Part shown: piece after piece, positions 21,401 to 30,296 of the stretch | Layout of the letters: each line of letters begins with the position of its first letter | How positions within the stretch are numbered: the first letter of the stretch is position 1 | From: an uncultured Clostridia bacterium | GTDB taxonomy: Bacteria; Bacillota; Clostridia; TANB77; UBA1234 | Assembly (NCBI GenBank): GCA_934132775.1 | Contig: CAKPAA010000006.1 | Coordinates: 1,983 to 65,982, forward strand | Length of the DNA stretch: 64,000 bases | Reading direction: 5' to 3' | Notes under the pieces: generated by a model | Told to the model about the DNA's origin: nothing | The model's input: only the letters and a program-made list of their open reading frames with translations | The model's database searches: none | Program-made: the position numbers and the translations under genes

Positions 21401-22456
21401 TTATATTTTTATTTTTCCTCCACCAAGTACTATGTCTCCTACGTAGAATACTGCTGATTGTCCTGGGGTTACTGCTCTTTGCGGCTCGTCAAATTTAACC
21501 ACTATTTTGTCATCAATTTGTTTTATCTTTGCTTTTGCAACTTTTGAAGAATATCTTGTTTTTACTTCAACGTCCATCCATTCTGGAATTTCATCAACTA
21601 AAATTAAATTTATTTCTTGGACTTCTATTTCACTTTTATATAATTCTTTTTCTTCTCCAACTATTACTTCATTTTTTGCACTATTAAAGCCTACAACAAA
21701 TAATGGAACTGGATTAGAAATTCCAAGACCTTTTCTTTGACCTATCGTATAATTATATAGTCCTGTGTGTTTTCCTAATACTTTGCCCTCGGTATTTATA
21801 ATGTTACCTTCTTTTGGCTTTATATCAGAATTATTTTCTAAGAATTTTTTATAATTTCCATCTGGCACAAAGCAGATATCCTCGCTATCCGGCTTATTTG
21901 CCACTTTTAAATTATTGTCTCTTGCTATTTTTCTTATCTCTTCTTTTTCCTCATACTCTGCAAGCGGAAACAACACGTGTTCAACTAGCTCTTTTGGAAT
22001 ATTCCATAAAACATAACTTTGGTCTTTTTTTAGTGAGTTAGATTTTTTTAGCACCCATCTCCCATATTCTTCACTATACTCCGTTTTTGCATAGTGACCT
22101 GTCGCAATATATTCACAGCCCATTTCTTTGGCTTTTTCATACATATATCCAAATTTCATATATTTGTTACATTCTATACAAGGGTTTGGCGTTCTACAAT
22201 TTGCATAGCAAGCTATAAAATCATCTATTACATATTTTCTAAATTCGTCTTTATAATTGAACGTAAAATGAGGTATTCCTAGTTGATTGCACACGTTCTT
22301 TGCATCTATGTATGTGTCTATGTTGCAACAGCTACTGCCAGCAAATAATTCGAGAGTTGCACCAATCACATCATATCCCGCATTTTTAAGAAGAAGCGCA
22401 GCAACAGAACTATCAACTCCGCCACTCATTCCAAGCATTACTCTTTTATTTTCCAT
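21401..22456 (-). CDS. mnmA: tRNA-specific 2-thiouridylase MnmA
   Basis: VMLGMSGGVDSSVAALLL PP-loop. 351 aa. Directly follows the suf cluster. Confidence 0.9.
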   Translation of the reverse strand: MENKRVMLGMSGGVDSSVAALLLKNAGYDVIGATLELFAGSSCCNIDTYIDAKNVCNQLGIPHFTFNYKDEFRKYVIDDFIACYANCRTPNPCIECNKYMKFGYMYEKAKEMGCEYIATGHYAKTEYSEEYGRWVLKKSNSLKKDQSYVLWNIPKELVEHVLFPLAEYEEKEEIRKIARDNNLKVANKPDSEDICFVPDGNYKKFLENNSDIKPKEGNIINTEGKVLGKHTGLYNYTIGQRKGLGISNPVPLFVVGFNSAKNEVIVGEEKELYKSEIEVQEINLILVDEIPEWMDVEVKTRYSSKVAKAKIKQIDDKIVVKFDEPQRAVTPGQSAVFYVGDIVLGGGKIKI

Positions 22457-22897
22457 CTATTTCTCCTCGTCCCCAGCTAACATATCTTCTATTGTGTGCC
22501 ACGCAAGTAATGCACATTTAACCCTAGCTGGCATATTAGATATATTTCTAAAAGCAATAGCATCTTCTAGTTTTTTTAGTTGTTCTTCATCCGTTGTCTC
22601 TCTTTTTATCATCTCAATAAATGTTCTTACTATATCTTTTGCCTCTTCAACGGTTTTTCCTCTTAAAGTGTCTATCATTATTGATGTTGATGCTTGTGAA
22701 ATAGCACAACCGTGACCTGTAAATGCTAAGTCTTCTATCACATTATCTTTAAGTTTTATTTCTAGCTTTATCTCGTCACCGCAGTTTGGATTATGCCCCA
22801 TTCTAGAACAGGTAGCGCCATCAAGTTCTTTTTTGTTATATGAATTCATACTATGTTCCATTATTAAATCGTTATAAACATCTGTAAGTTCGTCCAT
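22457..22897 (-). CDS. sufU: Fe-S cluster assembly scaffold SufU/IscU (NifU N-terminal domain)
   Basis: NPNCGDEIKL...GHGCAISQAS conserved Cys motifs. Confidence 0.85.
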   Translation of the reverse strand: MDELTDVYNDLIMEHSMNSYNKKELDGATCSRMGHNPNCGDEIKLEIKLKDNVIEDLAFTGHGCAISQASTSIMIDTLRGKTVEEAKDIVRTFIEMIKRETTDEEQLKKLEDAIAFRNISNMPARVKCALLAWHTIEDMLAGDEEK

Positions 22898-22909
22898 ATT
22901 ATTCCTTTC

Positions 22910-24133
22910 CTATTTCTTGATATATTTTTCAAACATATTATATGCTTTATTTAAAGCCTTAACAAGTCTATCAACATCTTCCTTAGTATTATAAAAATAA
23001 AAACTAGCTCTGCAAGTTGAATCTATTCCTAGTGACCTTAAAAGTGGTTGTGCACAATGATTTCCAGAACGCACACACACATTTTCCGAATCTAATATAC
23101 TTGCAACATCGTGTGGATGGACGCCTTTTATGTTAAAAGAAATGACAGCAGAGTGATTTTCTCTATTTGGTGTAACATAAAGTGTCAAAAAATCAAGCTT
23201 TGAAAGTTCGTCAAGTGCATAATTAACAACCTCTTTCTCTACTCTTTCAATTTCATCATAACCAATTTTATTCAAATAATCTATCGCTGCTCCTAAACCA
23301 ACAACTCCACCAACATTTTGAGTGCCAGCCTCAAATTTGTTTGGAAGTGGTGCAAAGGTTGTATCTTGTTCATAAACGTATTCTATCATATCACCGCCCA
23401 TTAAAAACGGAGTCATTTTATTCAAAATTTCTTTCTTGCCATATAAAACTCCAATTCCAAGCGGTGCAAGCATTTTGTGACCCGAAAAGACTAAGAAATC
23501 TGCATCCAAATCTCTAACATCTATCTTCATATGAGGAATGCTTTGAGATGCGTCAACTAGTACCTTTGCTCCTTTTTTATGTGCATATTTAATTATGTGC
23601 TTAATATCATTTATCGTTCCTATCACATTAGAAACGTGGGTAATAGCAACAATTTTCGTTTTATCTGTAATCTTACTTTCAATTTCTTCACGTGTAAGTT
23701 CGAATTTATCATCTATATACATATATTTTAAAGTGCTACCAGTCTTTTTAGTAACCATTTGCCAAGGTACTAAATTAGAGTGATGTTCCATTATAGATAA
23801 AACCACTTCATCACCTTGTTTTAGATTATCTAATCCATACGAGTACGCAACCAAATTCAAACTCTCGCTTGCATTTTTAGAAAAAATAATCTCCTCAGCA
23901 GACTTTGCATTTATAAACTTTGCTACTTTTGCCCTCGTCTCTTCGTACAAAGCAGTAGCTTCAATGCTTAAACCATATGCCCCCCTATGTGGATTTGCAT
24001 TGCAAGTCTCATAATATTCACTTACTTTATCTATTACGTATTGTGGCTTTTGTGTTGTCGCGCCACTGTCTAAATACGCAATATCACGATTTTTAAATAT
24101 CGGAAAATCTTTTCTTATTTCATTAACGTCCAT
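22910..24133 (-). CDS. sufS: cysteine desulfurase SufS (class V aminotransferase, group II)
   Basis: SGHKMLAPLGIGVLYGK PLP-lysine motif. RSGNHCAQP active-site Cys region. Confidence 0.9.
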   Translation of the reverse strand: MDVNEIRKDFPIFKNRDIAYLDSGATTQKPQYVIDKVSEYYETCNANPHRGAYGLSIEATALYEETRAKVAKFINAKSAEEIIFSKNASESLNLVAYSYGLDNLKQGDEVVLSIMEHHSNLVPWQMVTKKTGSTLKYMYIDDKFELTREEIESKITDKTKIVAITHVSNVIGTINDIKHIIKYAHKKGAKVLVDASQSIPHMKIDVRDLDADFLVFSGHKMLAPLGIGVLYGKKEILNKMTPFLMGGDMIEYVYEQDTTFAPLPNKFEAGTQNVGGVVGLGAAIDYLNKIGYDEIERVEKEVVNYALDELSKLDFLTLYVTPNRENHSAVISFNIKGVHPHDVASILDSENVCVRSGNHCAQPLLRSLGIDSTCRASFYFYNTKEDVDRLVKALNKAYNMFEKYIKK

Positions 24134-24146
24134 ATTAAAAATTCCT

Positions 24147-25157
24147 CTAATCTAATTTTTTATCAATTATTTCAATTATTTCATTTTTCAAATCGTTATC
24201 TGTTATTCTGTCAATAATCGTAACAAAATTTGACTTTACTAATAATTTTACAGCCTCTTTATAGCTTAGACCTCTACTCATAATATAGAAAAGCACTTGA
24301 TTATCTACCTTTCCAGAAGCAGTAGAATGGTTACCCTCAACATCGTCTTCGCTACATAAAAGCATTGGAAGTGCTATTGATTTAGCATTATCTGAAAGCA
24401 ACATACAAAATTCATTTTCGTCACCCTTAGCTTTTTTACAGCCTTTTTTGAAATCAATAGTTCCTTTAAAATTCTTCTTAGCTTTTCCAGAAAGCGCACC
24501 CTGTACATCAATGTCTATGTTAGTCTTCTTTCCATAAAGTTCAGCAATATAGTTTATATCCTTAACCTGCTCTCCTGTTCCAAGATAAACAGTTTTTAAG
24601 TCGTTTTTAGAGTTATCTCCAACAATGTTAGAGTAGTAATTACTAACACTTGTTTTTGCCCCTATATCAATAATAGTGTAATTAACATTTGAATTTTCAT
24701 TCAATACATTTTCAATTGCTTCAAAATTTGCCGAATCTTCATTCAAAAAATTAACCAAATTAACATTTACATTGGAACTAGCATTTGCAATAAGTTTAAG
24801 AGCCCCACTATGAAAGCATCTTTCTAAGCAACTTGACTTATATTCAATTGTAATTGTAGCATTTCCATTTGCCTCGATTAAAAGTTCATCAATCAAATTT
24901 AAGTTATTCTTATCGAAGTTAAATAAAATTTTAACATCGTCGCCATCTTTTAATTCGATTTTACCTTTATAATTAGCCTTAGAATAATCTAATCCAACTC
25001 CATAAACAAATTTCAAATCTTCATTTAGAAGAGCTACATCACTAGATACGCAAGCATTAGAAAATTTGCTCAAATTTTCAGGTATAATCACATCTAATTT
25101 TATATTGTTTATATTAAAATTCTTTGATGTTCTAACTGGTGTATTATTAAATTCCAT
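24147..25157 (-). CDS. sufD: Fe-S cluster assembly protein SufD
   Basis: C-terminal LFYIMSRGLSYKEAVKLLV is paralogous to the SufB C-terminus. Confidence 0.8.
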   Translation of the reverse strand: MEFNNTPVRTSKNFNINNIKLDVIIPENLSKFSNACVSSDVALLNEDLKFVYGVGLDYSKANYKGKIELKDGDDVKILFNFDKNNLNLIDELLIEANGNATITIEYKSSCLERCFHSGALKLIANASSNVNVNLVNFLNEDSANFEAIENVLNENSNVNYTIIDIGAKTSVSNYYSNIVGDNSKNDLKTVYLGTGEQVKDINYIAELYGKKTNIDIDVQGALSGKAKKNFKGTIDFKKGCKKAKGDENEFCMLLSDNAKSIALPMLLCSEDDVEGNHSTASGKVDNQVLFYIMSRGLSYKEAVKLLVKSNFVTIIDRITDNDLKNEIIEIIDKKLD

Positions 25158-25159
25158 AT

Positions 25160-26614
25160 CTAACCTATGCTCCCTTCTAATTCAAGATTTATCAAGTTAT
25201 TCATTTCAACGGCATACTCAACTGGAAGCTCCTTAGAAACAGGGTATGCAAAACCTCTGACAATCATAGCTTTCGCATCTTCTTCTGAAAGTCCTCTACT
25301 CATTAAATAAAAAATTTCTTTATCACTAATCTTACCAATTTTAGCTTCGTGCGAAAACTCAACTTCGTCAGTTCTAATATCGTTTACAGGGATAGTATCA
25401 GAACGTGAAATATCATCAAGCATCAAAGATTCACAACTTACGCTGCACTTAGAATTTTTAGCATTTTCAGAAACTCTAACTAAAGCTCTGTAAGTGCACG
25501 CACCACCATTTTTAGAAAGTGATTTTGAATTTACAACCGAAGAAGTATTAGGCGCATTGTGAATAACTTTAAAACCAGTATCAAGATTTTGCCCTTTTCC
25601 CGCGAAAGTAATTCCTGTATATTCAGTCTTTGCGCCATCTCCATTTAAAATACTCATAGGATAAAGCATTGAAACCTTTGAACCAAAAGAACCGGTAACC
25701 CAGTCTATCTGTGCATTCTTGCCAACAATTGCTTTCTTAGTGTTCAAATTCATCATATTTTTAGACCAATTTTCAATTGTTGAATATCTCAAATATGCAT
25801 TATCTTTAACATACAATTCAACACAACCAGCGTGTAAATTAACTTTATTATACTTTGGAGCCGAACATCCTTCAATAAAATGAAGACTTGCCCCCTCATC
25901 AACTATTATAAGTGTATGTTCAAATTGGCCTGATTCAGGCGAATTTAGCCTAAAATATGATTGAAGCGGAATATCCAACTTAACGCCTTTTGGCACATAA
26001 ACAAAAGAGCCACCAGACCAAACCGCAGCGTGAAGTGCCACAAACTTGTGGTCACTGATAGGCACGCACTTCATAAAATGTTCCTTAACCATATCTGGAT
26101 ACTCTCTAACAGCAGTCTCCATATCAGTATAAATAACACCTTGTTTCAATAATTCCTCTTTCATACTGTGATAAACAACTTCTGAATCATATTGTGCGCC
26201 AACGCCACCCAAAGACTTCTTTTCAGCATCAGGAATACCAAGTTTGTCAAACGTACTCTTTATATCCTCTGGTACATCATCCCAACTAGAATTAAGCTTA
26301 GACTTAGGCTTAACGTAAGTTGCAATGTCATCCATTTTAAGTTCAGAAAGGTCAGGTCCCCAAGTTGGAAGTTCAAGCTTATTATACATCTCCAAAGCAT
26401 CAAGCCTTATCTTTCTCATCCAGTCAGGATCATTTTTTTGTCTAGAAATTTCTTCAACAATCTCTCTATTCAAGCCCTTCTTCATCTTAAATTCATAGTC
26501 ATCTTTATTTTTAAAATCATAAATGTTTCTATCAATTTCTTCAACATTAGTCTTCATACCATTTACCTGCTTCCTTATATTTTCCAAAGCCATTCTCATC
26601 AATTTCATTAACAA
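25160..26614 (-). CDS. sufB: Fe-S cluster assembly protein SufB
   Basis: C-terminal FYLMSRGLSEEDAKAMIVRGF. The 5' end of ORF 25160..26614 overlaps sufC, so the start is probably a downstream Met. Confidence 0.85.
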   Translation of the reverse strand: MLMKLMRMALENIRKQVNGMKTNVEEIDRNIYDFKNKDDYEFKMKKGLNREIVEEISRQKNDPDWMRKIRLDALEMYNKLELPTWGPDLSELKMDDIATYVKPKSKLNSSWDDVPEDIKSTFDKLGIPDAEKKSLGGVGAQYDSEVVYHSMKEELLKQGVIYTDMETAVREYPDMVKEHFMKCVPISDHKFVALHAAVWSGGSFVYVPKGVKLDIPLQSYFRLNSPESGQFEHTLIIVDEGASLHFIEGCSAPKYNKVNLHAGCVELYVKDNAYLRYSTIENWSKNMMNLNTKKAIVGKNAQIDWVTGSFGSKVSMLYPMSILNGDGAKTEYTGITFAGKGQNLDTGFKVIHNAPNTSSVVNSKSLSKNGGACTYRALVRVSENAKNSKCSVSCESLMLDDISRSDTIPVNDIRTDEVEFSHEAKIGKISDKEIFYLMSRGLSEEDAKAMIVRGFAYPVSKELPVEYAVEMNNLINLELEGSIG

Positions 26615-27305
26615 GTTCAGCAGTGCCTGTTTTCACAATCTTGCCGTCAACCAAAATATGAACATAATCAACTTTTAAGCTTTCCAAGATTCTCATATTA
26701 TGAGTAATAATCAAAACAGCATTTTCAGAATTTTTATACATTTCAATACCCTTTGAAACAGCCTTAACAGCATCAACATCAAGGCCCGAATCAGTCTCGT
26801 CCAAAATAGCCAACTTAGGATTTAAAACAAGCATTTGCAAAATCTCATTCTTCTTCTTTTCTCCACCTGAAAAGCCAACGTTTAAATTTCTATCAATAAG
26901 CTTAGAATTCATATTAAGCTCGTCCATATATTTCTTTACAGTATCTTTAAGCTCAAAAACTTTAACAGGCTTATCTTCAATCTTATTTTTAGCAACTTTC
27001 AAAAAGTTAAAAGTCGAAATGCCAGGAATTTCTTCAGGTGACTGAAAAGACATAAAAATACCCTTCTTAGCAATTTTATCAGTAGAAAGATTACTAATAT
27101 CTTCACCATCAAAATTAACAGTACCACTAACTTTTTTATATTCTGGATTGTTTAAAATAACATTTGCCAAAGTAGATTTACCAGCCCCATTAGGCCCCAT
27201 AATAACGTGAATTTCGCCCTTTCCAATATTCAAATTAAGGCCATTTAAAATCTCTTTTTCACCTGCAACAACATGCAAATCACTAATCCCTAATAACTTA
27301 TTCAT
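26547..27305 (-). CDS. sufC: Fe-S cluster assembly ATPase SufC
   Basis: GEIHVIMGPNGAGKSTL Walker A. ABC signature FSGGEKKKNEILQM. Confidence 0.9.
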   Translation of the reverse strand: MNKLLGISDLHVVAGEKEILNGLNLNIGKGEIHVIMGPNGAGKSTLANVILNNPEYKKVSGTVNFDGEDISNLSTDKIAKKGIFMSFQSPEEIPGISTFNFLKVAKNKIEDKPVKVFELKDTVKKYMDELNMNSKLIDRNLNVGFSGGEKKKNEILQMLVLNPKLAILDETDSGLDVDAVKAVSKGIEMYKNSENAVLIITHNMRILESLKVDYVHILVDGKIVKTGTAELVNEIDENGFGKYKEAGKWYED

Positions 27306-27479
27306 AAAAACTCCTTTAACATCTATCTCTTTTTAATACTTATATTTTCCCATATTTTACGATTTTTACTACTAAAAACCTGCTTTTCATAGTATTTCGG
27401 TAGTAATTATAATATCTAATTCATACTTTGTCAATAGGAATTGAAATAGCAAAAAAAACAAACAAGTGTAAAAACCATA

Positions 27480-27508
27480 TTGACACATTATGTAAATGGT
27501 GATATACT
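27480..27508 (+). promoter_or_regulatory. sigmaA-type promoter P1 (TTGACA-17-TATACT with TGn extension), spacer carries TTATGTAAA motif
   Basis: TTGACA cattatgtaaatggtga TATACT. Followed by AAAGGAG RBS and a GTG start at 27541. Confidence 0.7.
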
Positions 27509-27540
27509 AAGCGTACCAAATAGAAAAGGAGTGAATCTAT

Positions 27541-27981
27541 GTGAGGATTCGGATTCGGGCCTCTAGGAAACATCAGAACAGTAGCATCTTTGGTGAAGAT
27601 GTGAAGATGCTGAAAAACGCCTGCAAGCACATTGCTGAGTACTATTTGCTTGGTGATGAAGACATCGATTCAGAGTCAACCAAACCAACATATGAGGATG
27701 CTTATATGTTGGCAAGGAGCGACAACTGGATTGGTAGCATCGAGGAAGCCTACCAGACGTTGCTCAGCATTTGGCGTGCTCGTGAGCCTCGAGAGGTCGA
27801 AAAAGAAAACGCACTTAGAGAAGAACAATTCTCGATGTGCGAGGATGCATTCGACGTCATCAAGGAACTCGAACGTGCACACAACGTTCAGGTTAAATGG
27901 GGTGGTATTTCAGACCCCGGAAACTGGTTCCTGAACGACACAGGTGGGAATCGAATCGGTCGCATTACCGTCGATTCCTAA
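27541..27981 (+). CDS. hypothetical protein, GC-rich (about 47% GC) orphan gene, opposite orientation to neighbours
   Basis: 146-aa ORF. AAAGGAG RBS 9 nt upstream of GTG 27541 (alternative ATG 27607). GC content far above the about 30% background. No recognisable motif. Confidence 0.6.
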   Translation: MRIRIRASRKHQNSSIFGEDVKMLKNACKHIAEYYLLGDEDIDSESTKPTYEDAYMLARSDNWIGSIEEAYQTLLSIWRAREPREVEKENALREEQFSMCEDAFDVIKELERAHNVQVKWGGISDPGNWFLNDTGGNRIGRITVDS

Positions 27982-27986
27982 AACAC

Positions 27987-28020
27987 AACAACCACAGATT
28001 TTTTAATCTGTGGTTGTTAT
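27987..28020 (+). terminator. stem-loop terminator after the GC-rich gene (AACAACCACAGAT/ATCTGTGGTTGTT)
   Basis: Perfect 13-bp inverted repeat immediately after the stop codon. The downstream T-run is weak. Confidence 0.5.
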
Positions 28021-28083
28021 CTTTACTGCACAAAGTGATTATAACAAAATTAAACTTTTAATATAAATTATTTAATACCATCA

Positions 28084-28587
28084 CTATTGTTGTTGATTTT
28101 CACTTATTACTTCTGCACTTTCAGTTTTTCCTGCTTTTTGATATTCATCTTTATTGAAACCTAAAATCATTAGGAATATTGGTTGCATAAAGAATAACCC
28201 TGTTGCAAATGCTCCACCGTGTCCAAAAGCTTTAGACAAACCATCACAGAATTTGCAATTAACGGCTATAAAATATATTAAATATATTAAATACAACAAT
28301 GCCGTTATTATTCCTAAAATTCCACTTGATGTAGCAGCTGCAATACTACCTAAAACAATAGATAATACAACTACAATTGCAGTAGCAACTACAAGTTCTA
28401 TAAAATTTCTGCCAGCAATTTTCCAAAGAATATAAGCATTATAAAAAGGAATAAGACTCTTCCATCCCTCTTCGCCTGCTTTTTCAAAAATCTTCCACTG
28501 TCCAATAACTAATGCAACATAAAAAAGTGTTGCAAACGTACTGTTTCCACCTAAAAACATTCCCATTAAATTTGAGCCATCGATCAT
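28084..28587 (-). CDS. hypothetical small membrane protein (3-4 TM helices)
   Basis: AAGGGGGAG RBS 6 nt upstream of the ATG giving MIDGSNL. Hydrophobic segments with WKIFEKAGEEGWKSLIPFYNAYILWKIAGR. Confidence 0.6.
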   Translation of the reverse strand: MIDGSNLMGMFLGGNSTFATLFYVALVIGQWKIFEKAGEEGWKSLIPFYNAYILWKIAGRNFIELVVATAIVVVLSIVLGSIAAATSSGILGIITALLYLIYLIYFIAVNCKFCDGLSKAFGHGGAFATGLFFMQPIFLMILGFNKDEYQKAGKTESAEVISENQQQ

Positions 28588-28651
28588 AAAATTCTCCCCC
28601 TTAATATCTTTTGTTATAAACACATTTTAATTTTATATAAACTGAAACTTC

Positions 28652-28680
28652 TTGTCAATATTTGGCGAAAGATTAAATTA
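28652..28680 (+). promoter_or_regulatory. putative promoter (TTGTCA-16/17-TAAATT) for orphan plus-strand transcript
   Basis: -35 TTGTCA at 28652. -10-like TAAATT. Located between two minus-strand genes. Confidence 0.35.
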
Positions 28681-28684
28681 GGCT

Positions 28685-28806
28685 TTTCTAAAATTTATAC
28701 TTCCAGTTCATCTAGCAGTTGCTTGTCCAGCGATGACTCATCCGGTCGTTGCTCTGGTGGTAGCGGGGGTAACTCTTGGTAATATACTTTTAACCACATA
28801 AATAGC
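28685..28806 (+). ncRNA. candidate small RNA or type-I-toxin-like sORF: GC-rich (about 55%) 90-nt segment between a promoter and an intrinsic terminator
   Basis: Segment catctagcagttgcttgtccagcgatgactcatccggtcgttgctctggtggtagcgggggtaactcttgg is much more GC-rich than its surroundings. Contains a 22-codon ORF with no SD (ATG 28734). Contains GGTGGTAGCGGGGG, resembling the T-box core. No long ATG-initiated ORF. Confidence 0.3.
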
Positions 28807-28855
28807 AAAGGCGAAAACTAAAAGTAGTTTTCGCCTTTATAACATTATTTTTTTC
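28807..28855 (+). terminator. rho-independent terminator (AAAGGCGAAAACTA/TAGTTTTCGCCTTT + T-run)
   Basis: Perfect 14-bp stem, 4-nt loop, then ataacattattttttt. The T-rich tail is on the plus strand only. Confidence 0.75.
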
Positions 28856-28937
28856 TACGTTCAGCGATTTGAAAAAGGACAAGACTCGTCCATACTCCAA
28901 TATCAAAGAAACAAAAATTCATTTAGCCAAAATAGTT

Positions 28938-29876
28938 CTATGCTGCACTAAAGCAAATAGTAAATTTTCTTCCATCAAAAAGATCTGGAGGAATTACAAG
29001 TTTAATTGGTATATGACTTATACTCTTATACTCCGCAATACTGTTTCTGTCATCTTCTCCATTTGGCCTCAAAACAGCATTGCTTATTTTTTCCCTTGCA
29101 TCACTGCATTTTTTCAGACTGCCGACAGCCTCTTTACCACTACTTGTGGAATTATCGCAATGGACAGAAACTGGCTTTGCTCTTTCAGAAATCTTTTCAC
29201 AAGCTGCAGGAACAGCAATTGAACTAGTCACTTTCTCTTTACGAAGTCTCCTATGATGCCTACAAAGAGTCTGATTTTCAGTATTAGTCTTTTCAGACAT
29301 TTCCTGTGTGGAAAGATCGGTAACCGTTTGCATATTTTCATTCTTTTCATGAGCATCATCATAAGATTTAGAAATAACAGATTGCCCTTCTTCTACTTTC
29401 TCACTAGGTTCTACCTTCTCACAATGATTTTCAAAAGTGGCAATATCTTCAAAACTAATGTGACGAACATATCTACGGCGTTTAGGCAAATCTATTGCAT
29501 CAACTACATTTGTAGCACTTTTCAAATTACATTCCGAAGGACTTTTAGGAGTATTAATACACATTATTCCAACTTCATCCTTAAAGAGTTCATCGGGTTT
29601 CATATTATCTTCATATTCTTCTTCATCTTCAACGTCATCTTCGACACCATAAATTTCTCTTCTAATTTTTCTCATTTTCATCTTTAAAAGAAAAGATTTT
29701 ACGTCTAATCCTTCAAAAAGCATATACATGCTGGTAGCAAAAAGATACAATGTGCCTAAATTAAGAACGAAAGCATACTTATCAGACAAATTGATAGCCG
29801 TAGAAATCCACATCATCATCGCGCAATAAAGCAACATGGAAACAGCAAAAATAGATTCCTTTTTATTATTACTCAT
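28938..29876 (-). CDS. hypothetical membrane protein (two N-terminal TM helices, acidic/Cys-containing C-terminal region), moderately GC-enriched
   Basis: AGGAGAA RBS 9 nt upstream of the ATG giving MSNNKK. TM segments IFAVSMLLYCAMMMWISTAI and AFVLNLGTLYLFATSMYMLF. About 38% GC. Confidence 0.55.
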   Translation of the reverse strand: MSNNKKESIFAVSMLLYCAMMMWISTAINLSDKYAFVLNLGTLYLFATSMYMLFEGLDVKSFLLKMKMRKIRREIYGVEDDVEDEEEYEDNMKPDELFKDEVGIMCINTPKSPSECNLKSATNVVDAIDLPKRRRYVRHISFEDIATFENHCEKVEPSEKVEEGQSVISKSYDDAHEKNENMQTVTDLSTQEMSEKTNTENQTLCRHHRRLRKEKVTSSIAVPAACEKISERAKPVSVHCDNSTSSGKEAVGSLKKCSDAREKISNAVLRPNGEDDRNSIAEYKSISHIPIKLVIPPDLFDGRKFTICFSAA

Positions 29877-30171
29877 AAATATCATTTCTCCTATTTTTAT
29901 TAACAATTCTTAGTTAATGCTTCTGACAACCAAAGTTTTATTACTTTTTTAAATAGGTTTTATAGTCTATTGTGAAATCGATATATATTTTTAAAATCCG
30001 CATCAGTCCATCTCTAATAAAAAATACAAACAGTAAGGTTAAATCTATATAAATTGCTAATCAGTAGCGCCTTTGCACCGATTGCAAGTAAAATTATTAA
30101 AACATTATTTGGCTTATTCAAGGTTGGTAAAAACACCTACCTTATGTAAAACTAATAAAAATAACAGTAAA

Positions 30172-30200
30172 CAGTATAATATGGTTTATGTAAATTGTCA
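30172..30200 (-). promoter_or_regulatory. sigmaA-type promoter P4 (TTGACA-17-TATACT) with TTTACATAAA spacer motif, pointing at 28938..29876 through a roughly 290-nt structured leader
   Basis: Minus-strand sequence TTGACA atttacataaaccatat TATACT. The leader contains a second TTTTACATAAGG copy and the hairpin AAGGTAGGTGTTTTTACCAACCTT. Confidence 0.55.
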
Positions 30201-30227
30201 ACCATAAAAACAAGTATTCGCAGATGA

Positions 30228-30282
30228 AACATAAAACATAAAACTAACAAGAATGTCTAGATTTCTGTTGATGTTTTATGTT
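30228..30282 (+). promoter_or_regulatory. operator-like inverted repeat AACATAAAACAT-N31-ATGTTTTATGTT overlapping the -35 of the 30385 gene promoter
   Basis: Perfect 12-bp arms. Central XbaI-like palindrome tctaga. The right arm abuts TGcTATAAT (30288-30296). Confidence 0.5.
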
Positions 30283-30296
30283 AATTGTGCTATAAT
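30283..30296 (+). promoter_or_regulatory. extended -10 promoter (TGcTATAAT) for gene 30385..30645
   Basis: TGTGCTATAAT with a weak -35. Followed by the 5' UTR hairpin CGGAGGcacggtCCTCCG (30344-30361) and an AAGAGGAGG RBS. Confidence 0.5.

Noticed and set aside
27421-27630. 69-aa minus-strand ORF overlapping promoter P1 and the start of the 27541 gene
   Set aside because: It overlaps a well-defined promoter/RBS/start on the other strand. No RBS. Spurious.
29006-29687. Plus-strand ORFs 29006..29227 and 29253..29687 inside the 28938..29876 gene
   Set aside because: Antisense to a gene with an RBS and N-terminal TM helices. The elevated GC explains the open frames.
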